Part shown: positions 63,800 to 64,000 of the stretch, one piece after another | How the letters are laid out: each line of letters starts with the position of its first letter | Position numbering within the stretch: position 1 is the first letter of the stretch | DNA from: Octopus vulgaris | Taxonomy: Eukaryota | Direction of reading: 5' to 3' | DNA: 64,000 bases | Assembly: GCA_951406725.2 (NCBI GenBank) | Contig: OX597814.1 | Span: forward strand, 135,222,001 to 135,286,000 | The notes under the pieces: model-generated | What the model was told of the DNA's origin: nothing | Seen by the model: only the letters and a program-made list of their open reading frames with translations | Database searches by the model: none | Position numbers and translations under genes: made by a program

Positions 63800-64000
63800 A
63801 AGAAAAAAGCTTAAGGGGAATGAGAAAGAATAGTCAGTGAGAGAAGAAAACAAATGGATGACGGGGTTAGAAACCAGGTTGGGATTTGGTTCTATAGGGC
63901 AGAATTATGAAAGGAAGAAGGGACAGGTCTATATGTGCAAGTATAGGAGTGTATCCATGTCCAGAAGTAAGTATATGACTGGGGAGAGTGATATATATAG

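Noticed and set aside
52000-64000. PRL/PTP4A main coding exons
   Set aside because: I found no NRPAP, DWxFxDG or HCVAGLGR coding segments by eye, so the host gene identity remains inferred from the uORF alone.

Overview
AT-rich, CpG-depleted, microsatellite-dense animal genomic DNA. The repeat families resemble those I recall from Octopus (cephalopod); the species call is inference. No long intact host CDS is present, and most ORF-track entries are microsatellite or decayed-transposon artefacts. The window looks like large introns of the 5' leader of a + strand gene. It has small non-coding exon candidates (13738-13837, about 15694-15907) and a well-bounded exon (51523-51927) packed with uORFs. 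One uORF is a 43-aa peptide (MGIYLADSF...HSTVDRFL) resembling, from memory, the Mg2+-responsive uORF of vertebrate PRL/PTP4A phosphatase mRNAs. The second theme is a set of type I hammerhead-ribozyme (HHR) motifs: one near-intact, a tandem pair 351 nt apart, and several inside long fold-back palindromes beside (TA)n tracts, consistent with Penelope-like elements or retrozymes. The rest is transposon debris: a Buster-type hAT, a maT/Tc1-mariner element, a Helitron, an internally deleted Gypsy, RTE and CR1 LINE fragments, piggyBac-like and other MITEs, and several tRNA-derived SINE families, often nested.
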